This document shows, in pieces, positions 29,379 to 33,519 of a DNA stretch of 33,519 nt (the first letter of the stretch is position 1; the number at the start of each line of letters is the position of its first letter). The notes under the pieces were generated by a model. It saw nothing but the letters and a program-made list of their open reading frames with translations. It made no database searches and was not told the origin of the DNA. Source of the stretch: a candidate division WOR-3 bacterium (GTDB lineage Bacteria; Hydrothermota; Hydrothermia; Hydrothermales; Hydrothermaceae); contig JBDRZD010000013.1 of NCBI GenBank assembly GCA_039803745.1, forward strand, positions 1 to 33,519, written 5' to 3'. Made by a program: the position numbers and the translations under genes.

Positions 29379-30263
29379 TTAAAGAAATATTTCTTTCAAA
29401 GGCTCAATTTCCTTTATATTTAATTCTCTCAAAATTTTTTTTATTTTTCTTTCTGCCACTTTTATGTATTTTTTAAATTCTCTTTTATTTTTAAAAAATG
29501 AAAGATTTACATATGCAGCAAGTGCCTGCATAAGTCTTTGAACTCCTGTTAATTTGAGATAGAAATGAAAATCATTAAAATTTAAATTTATTTTATCTCT
29601 CATCTTTTCATAATAATGTTTTAAAAGTTTTTCTATAACTTTTTCATCTAAATCAACATAAGGGTCAAAAATTAAAGAGGCAAGGTCATATGTAAAGGGT
29701 CCTTTATGGGCTGTCTGGAAATCTGTAATTTTTATTTTTCCATCCTTTATAAAAATATTCTTTGACTGGAAATCTCTATGCATAAAAAAGTAATTGAGTT
29801 TTGAAATTTTTTCTGCAAGAAAATCAAAGGAATTTTTTATTTCTTTTTTAAATTTAATTTTAAGATAATTCATTAAATAAAAATTTTTAAAATATTCTGT
29901 TTCATAAAGGAGTTTTTCCTTATCAAAAATTTTTTTATAAGGCAATCTTAAATTCATAAAGCCTTTTATACCTTCAACCTGCATTTTCACCAAAAAATCA
30001 ATAACCTTTATATAATTTTTCTCTTCAGGACTTTTAAAAAGTGAATTTTTGCCAAGGTCTTCAACAATAAGAATACCATTATTTAAATCAAAATAATAAA
30101 TTTCAGGAACACCAAGATTTTTCTTTTTTAAAAATCTTTGAATTTTTATATAAGAGATAAAATCATTTGAAAAAGGGTTATCCTTTATCAAAACAAAACT
30201 ATCTTCATTTTTAATCCTTAAAAATATTCTATCAGAACCACCTATAATTTTTTCTATTTTCAT
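29379..30263 (-). CDS. APH-family phosphotransferase, AmgK-like (anomeric MurNAc/GlcNAc kinase)
   Basis: GGSDRIFLRI, VEDLG, HRDFQSKNI, DFQTA..GPFTYDLASL and QRLMQAL motifs. Confidence 0.82.
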   Translation of the reverse strand: MKIEKIIGGSDRIFLRIKNEDSFVLIKDNPFSNDFISYIKIQRFLKKKNLGVPEIYYFDLNNGILIVEDLGKNSLFKSPEEKNYIKVIDFLVKMQVEGIKGFMNLRLPYKKIFDKEKLLYETEYFKNFYLMNYLKIKFKKEIKNSFDFLAEKISKLNYFFMHRDFQSKNIFIKDGKIKITDFQTAHKGPFTYDLASLIFDPYVDLDEKVIEKLLKHYYEKMRDKINLNFNDFHFYLKLTGVQRLMQALAAYVNLSFFKNKREFKKYIKVAERKIKKILRELNIKEIEPLKEIFL

Positions 30264-30293
30264 TTGAAAGTCAAATTAAAAATTATTTATAAT
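30264..30293 (+). promoter_or_regulatory. Putative sigma70 promoter for the PHP hydrolase gene
   Basis: TTGAAA(30264-30269)-18 nt-TATAAT(30288-30293); purine-rich AAGGGGA precedes ATG 30322. Confidence 0.5.
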
Positions 30294-30321
30294 ATTAAAG
30301 TAAAATAAAGAAAGGGGACAA

Positions 30322-32244
30322 ATGAAAAATGGATGTGTAATTTTAATTTTATTGAATATAATTTATGCAAGGATTCCCCTTGAGAATGACTTAATAATTT
30401 ATAAAGGAATAAAAACTTCGGGTGAAAAAGATATTATAATTGATTTTATTTCTCCTTTCAATTTCAAAAAAATATATTTAAATATTGAAGGAATAGAAAG
30501 TTTTGAATTATTTTTAAATGATAATTTTCATGGAAAATACAATTCAAATAGTTTTTACCATACAATAAATTTAAAAAATAATTTAATTAAAGAGGGAAGA
30601 AATTCTCTTTTAATTAGAACTTATGAAAAAAACAATATAAAAATTACATTATGGGCAACAAGATATGAATGGTTTTATGGAACATTTCACATCCATACAA
30701 CATATTCTGATGGTCTATATACAGTGAGTGAAATACTGAATATGGTGAATAATCTTGGTGGTCATTTTGCTGCCCTTTCTGACCACAATACACTCCAGCA
30801 GTGTTATGATACAGCCTTCCATCAAACTGGAAATTGTATGCCAATAAGGGCAACAGAATGGACAACAAATGATTCAGGTCATACAAACATTCTTGGACCC
30901 GAAGGAAGCGAAGTTTTTGAAATTTCTTCAATTAAAAAAATGATTGATGATGCAACATACAGAGGTGGGCTTGTTCAGATAAATCATCCCTGCGATGAAG
31001 AACTTGGTTTTGGATGGGGTCATTATCCAAATGTTGATCCCGGAATAGATATAATTGAAATATTTAATGGACTTATATGGTTCCCAAAAAATGGGATTAA
31101 AACAGATGCTGAGGCTGTTGCATGGTGGCATAGTTTATTGTGTGAAGGAAAAAGAATAGCAGCAACAGGAAATTCTGATTACCATGGATATGAGCCAGGA
31201 GGTAATCCATTAAAAGCCCATTCAGCAGTTTATGCATCATCAAATCATCCTGATACAATTTTAAAGGCAATAAAATTTGGAAAAGTGATGATATGTGATG
31301 AAATGGAAGATTCAAGGCTTTATATATATGCTGATACAAATTTAAATGGAATAATGGATTTAATTATGGGAGAAAACATAATTATAAATTATGGAAGCAA
31401 GAATGTAAAATTTAAAGTTGAAGTTGAAAATTCAGATCTTTTTGATGAGTTAAGAATCTGCTCAAAACAAGGGATTATATACAGCACCACTTTATATGGA
31501 GGAAATTATGTTTATGAATTTGAAAAAACATTTTCCTCTCAGGATACTGATTTTATAAGGGCAGAAATTTTAAACTGGCTTGGATATTATGAATATGCAA
31601 CAAATCCAGTCTATGTTAATTATCCTGATTATGAACTTGGACCATGCAATTTATCTATTACATGGGATATTCCTGATACAATATGGAGTGGGGAAACACA
31701 AATATTTTTTCATTTGAAAAATTCAGGACTTGTCTCACCTTATAGGTTCAGTATTTTTGCAATGGTTGACACAAATGAATTTTATATAACAGAATATCAA
31801 AACGCAGGTCCTGGAATAGGAGAAGTTATACATATTCCCAATTTTTATGGATATGAACTCATTGAATGGAAAGGTGGTTTTCCTTATTCTGTAAGACTTT
31901 CACCAGATACAGAATTTTCATACTGGCTTAAATTGGTTCCTAAAACAAATGGTATAAAAAGTATCTATACGAGAGCATATGCAGATGATAGACTCTTTAT
32001 AATAGATAAAGAACCTGATACAGGATTTATAGGTCCTGATGGAGAAAGATGGTATAAGATAGATATTTATGCAGTAAATATTAAAGAAGTTAAAAAAGAA
32101 AATAAAAATAAAGATTTAAAATATTCATTAAAGATATTTGATGCTTCAGGAAGATTAAGAAAAGACAGTTTTAAAAGGGGAATATACTTTCTTATTCCAG
32201 AAAAGAGAGTAATAAAAAGCAAAAAGTTCATAGTAATAAAATAG
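30322..32244 (+). CDS. Secreted PHP-domain metallohydrolase (CehA/McbA-like) with a short T9SS-like C-terminal motif
   Basis: HIHTTYSDG, SDHNT, EW...GH, INHP, EIFNG, GNSDYH metal ligands; signal peptide ending IYA; tail IFDASGR...RGIYFL...KKFIVIK. Confidence 0.85.
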   Translation: MKNGCVILILLNIIYARIPLENDLIIYKGIKTSGEKDIIIDFISPFNFKKIYLNIEGIESFELFLNDNFHGKYNSNSFYHTINLKNNLIKEGRNSLLIRTYEKNNIKITLWATRYEWFYGTFHIHTTYSDGLYTVSEILNMVNNLGGHFAALSDHNTLQQCYDTAFHQTGNCMPIRATEWTTNDSGHTNILGPEGSEVFEISSIKKMIDDATYRGGLVQINHPCDEELGFGWGHYPNVDPGIDIIEIFNGLIWFPKNGIKTDAEAVAWWHSLLCEGKRIAATGNSDYHGYEPGGNPLKAHSAVYASSNHPDTILKAIKFGKVMICDEMEDSRLYIYADTNLNGIMDLIMGENIIINYGSKNVKFKVEVENSDLFDELRICSKQGIIYSTTLYGGNYVYEFEKTFSSQDTDFIRAEILNWLGYYEYATNPVYVNYPDYELGPCNLSITWDIPDTIWSGETQIFFHLKNSGLVSPYRFSIFAMVDTNEFYITEYQNAGPGIGEVIHIPNFYGYELIEWKGGFPYSVRLSPDTEFSYWLKLVPKTNGIKSIYTRAYADDRLFIIDKEPDTGFIGPDGERWYKIDIYAVNIKEVKKENKNKDLKYSLKIFDASGRLRKDSFKRGIYFLIPEKRVIKSKKFIVIK

Positions 32245-32267
32245 AGAATTCTTTTATAATTAAAACT

Positions 32268-33050
32268 ATGAAAATGTTAATTACAAAGAAATTTACTTTT
32301 TCTGCTTCTCATAGACTTTATAATGAAGAATGGGATAAAGAAAAGAATGAAAGGGTTTTTGGGAAAAACATAAATTTACATGGACATAATTTTGTTGTTG
32401 AAGTAACTCTGTCAGGAAAATTAAATGAAGAAACAGGAATGATAATGAATATAGATGATTTAAAAGAAACTTTAAATGAAATAATTTCTGATTTTGACCA
32501 TAAGAATTTGAATGAACTCCACCATTTTAAAAAAATTCAACCAACAATAGAAAACATTGCAAAAATTTTATTTAATTTGATAAAGGATAAACTTCCTGAA
32601 AATGTTAAACTATACAGAATAAAAGTTTATGAATCAAATGATTTCTGGGCAACCTTTTATGGAGAAGATTTTGAAATTTCAAAAAAAATAAAATTTTATG
32701 CTTCCCATAGATTATTTAAAAAGGATTTAAAGGAAGAAGAGAATATTAAACTTTTTGGAAAATGTGCAAATCCCCATGGCCATGAATATAATTTAATTTT
32801 AACATTTAAAGGAGAAATTGATAAAAAGACTGGTTTTTTAATAAAAAGAGATGAAATTGAAAGAGAAATAGAAAAAATAAAAAATTTATTAAATTATAAG
32901 GATTTAAACAAGATAAAATTTTTTAAGGATAAAAACCCAACAGGGGAAAATATTTTGATTTATTTAAAAGATAAAATTAAGAACAAAAAAATTTCAAAAA
33001 TAAAAATTTATGAAACAGATGAAAACATATTTGAAGTGGAGGCTCTGTGA
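32268..33050 (+). CDS. Tandem two-domain 6-pyruvoyl-tetrahydropterin synthase / QueD-like protein
   Basis: Two T-fold repeats: FSASHRL...HGHNF...DHKNLN...PTIEN...VYES and FYASHRL...CANPHGHEY...PTGEN...IYET; upstream of folE. Confidence 0.9.
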   Translation: MKMLITKKFTFSASHRLYNEEWDKEKNERVFGKNINLHGHNFVVEVTLSGKLNEETGMIMNIDDLKETLNEIISDFDHKNLNELHHFKKIQPTIENIAKILFNLIKDKLPENVKLYRIKVYESNDFWATFYGEDFEISKKIKFYASHRLFKKDLKEEENIKLFGKCANPHGHEYNLILTFKGEIDKKTGFLIKRDEIEREIEKIKNLLNYKDLNKIKFFKDKNPTGENILIYLKDKIKNKKISKIKIYETDENIFEVEAL

Positions 33051-33519
33051 AAAAGATTGAGAAATACATTTATGAAATCATAAAATATATTGGAGAGGAC
33101 CCAAAAAGGGAAGGGCTTAAGAAAACGCCTTTAAGAGTTTGCAAAATGTATGAAGAATTTACAGAAGGATACAGGCAGGACCCTGAAGAAATTATAAAAG
33201 GGGCAATATTTGAAGTTGATTATGATGAAATGGTCCTTTTAAAGGATATAGAATTCTATTCATTATGTGAGCACCATTTACTTCCTTTTTTTGGAGTTGC
33301 CCATGTTGCATACATACCAAAGGGAAAAGTTCTTGGTGTATCAAAGATTGCAAGGATTGTTGATGTTTTTTCAAGAAGATTACAGGTTCAGGAAAGAATG
33401 ACAATAGAGATAGCAAGATTTTTAATGGAAAAATTAAAACCCTATGGGGTTGGAGTTGTTGTTGAAGGAATACATACATGCATGATGGTAAGGGGAGTTA
33501 AAAAGGCAAAACCAAAACT
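33047..33519 (+). CDS. folE: GTP cyclohydrolase I (runs off the window end); absent from the ORF track
   Basis: GTG start overlaps the upstream [53 protein letters not shown] and [11 protein letters not shown]. Confidence 0.97.
   Translation, partial: MKKIEKYIYEIIKYIGEDPKREGLKKTPLRVCKMYEEFTEGYRQDPEEIIKGAIFEVDYDEMVLLKDIEFYSLCEHHLLPFFGVAHVAYIPKGKVLGVSKIARIVDVFSRRLQVQERMTIEIARFLMEKLKPYGVGVVVEGIHTCMMVRGVKKAKPK

Noticed and set aside
30263..30275. Inverted repeat TTTGA-AAG-TCAAA as an operator
   Set aside because: Five-bp arms in AT-rich DNA are expected by chance, no second copy was seen, and no regulator is nearby.
24977..33479. Short opposite-strand ORFs inside the C25 peptidase, propeller, PHP and folE genes (and 7245-7451 inside pdxA)
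   Set aside because: Shadow ORFs; 33192-33479 is antisense to a clear folE.
1..33519. CRISPR array, IS/integrase, prophage, rRNA, intein or intron
   Set aside because: No periodic repeats, transposase or integrase motifs were seen. RpoB and RpoC are normal length and uninterrupted, and no tRNA 3'-end duplication (att site) was seen.

Overview
This is a very gene-dense, AT-rich bacterial chromosome segment with no mobile element, CRISPR array or rRNA. The Lys/Glu/Ile-rich proteins, strong AGGAGG ribosome-binding sites, SurA and PorU/PorV-like genes suggest a thermophilic diderm of the FCB superphylum outside Bacteroidota, possibly WOR-3-like (inference only). Left arm: nadK-recN-pgsA-like-NTP transferase (-), rfbD-geranylgeranyl reductase-like-DUF401 (+), surA-S4 protein-pdxA (-). 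Centre: tRNA-Ser(CGA), tRNA-Trp(CCA), then rpmG-secE-nusG-rplKAJL-rpoBC running directly into tatA, a zinc-ribbon gene with no ATG/GTG/TTG start, and a flippase. Right arm: AmgK-like kinase-PorV-like barrel-beta-propeller-PorU/gingipain-like C25 peptidase-mazG (-), then a secreted PHP hydrolase, a tandem PTPS/QueD and a partial folE (+). The ORF track misses rpmG, tatA, the zinc-ribbon gene, folE and both tRNAs. Best leads: (1) a T9SS-type PorV/PorU sorting module with miniature C-terminal sorting signals; (2) very short (~10-16 aa) signal peptides on all predicted exported proteins; (3) an ATA-start or frameshift junction after tatA; (4) recurrent -10 boxes 6-9 nt before ATG, suggesting leaderless mRNAs; (5) a naturally divergent RpoB rifampicin pocket. 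All family calls come from motif recognition; no database search was run.
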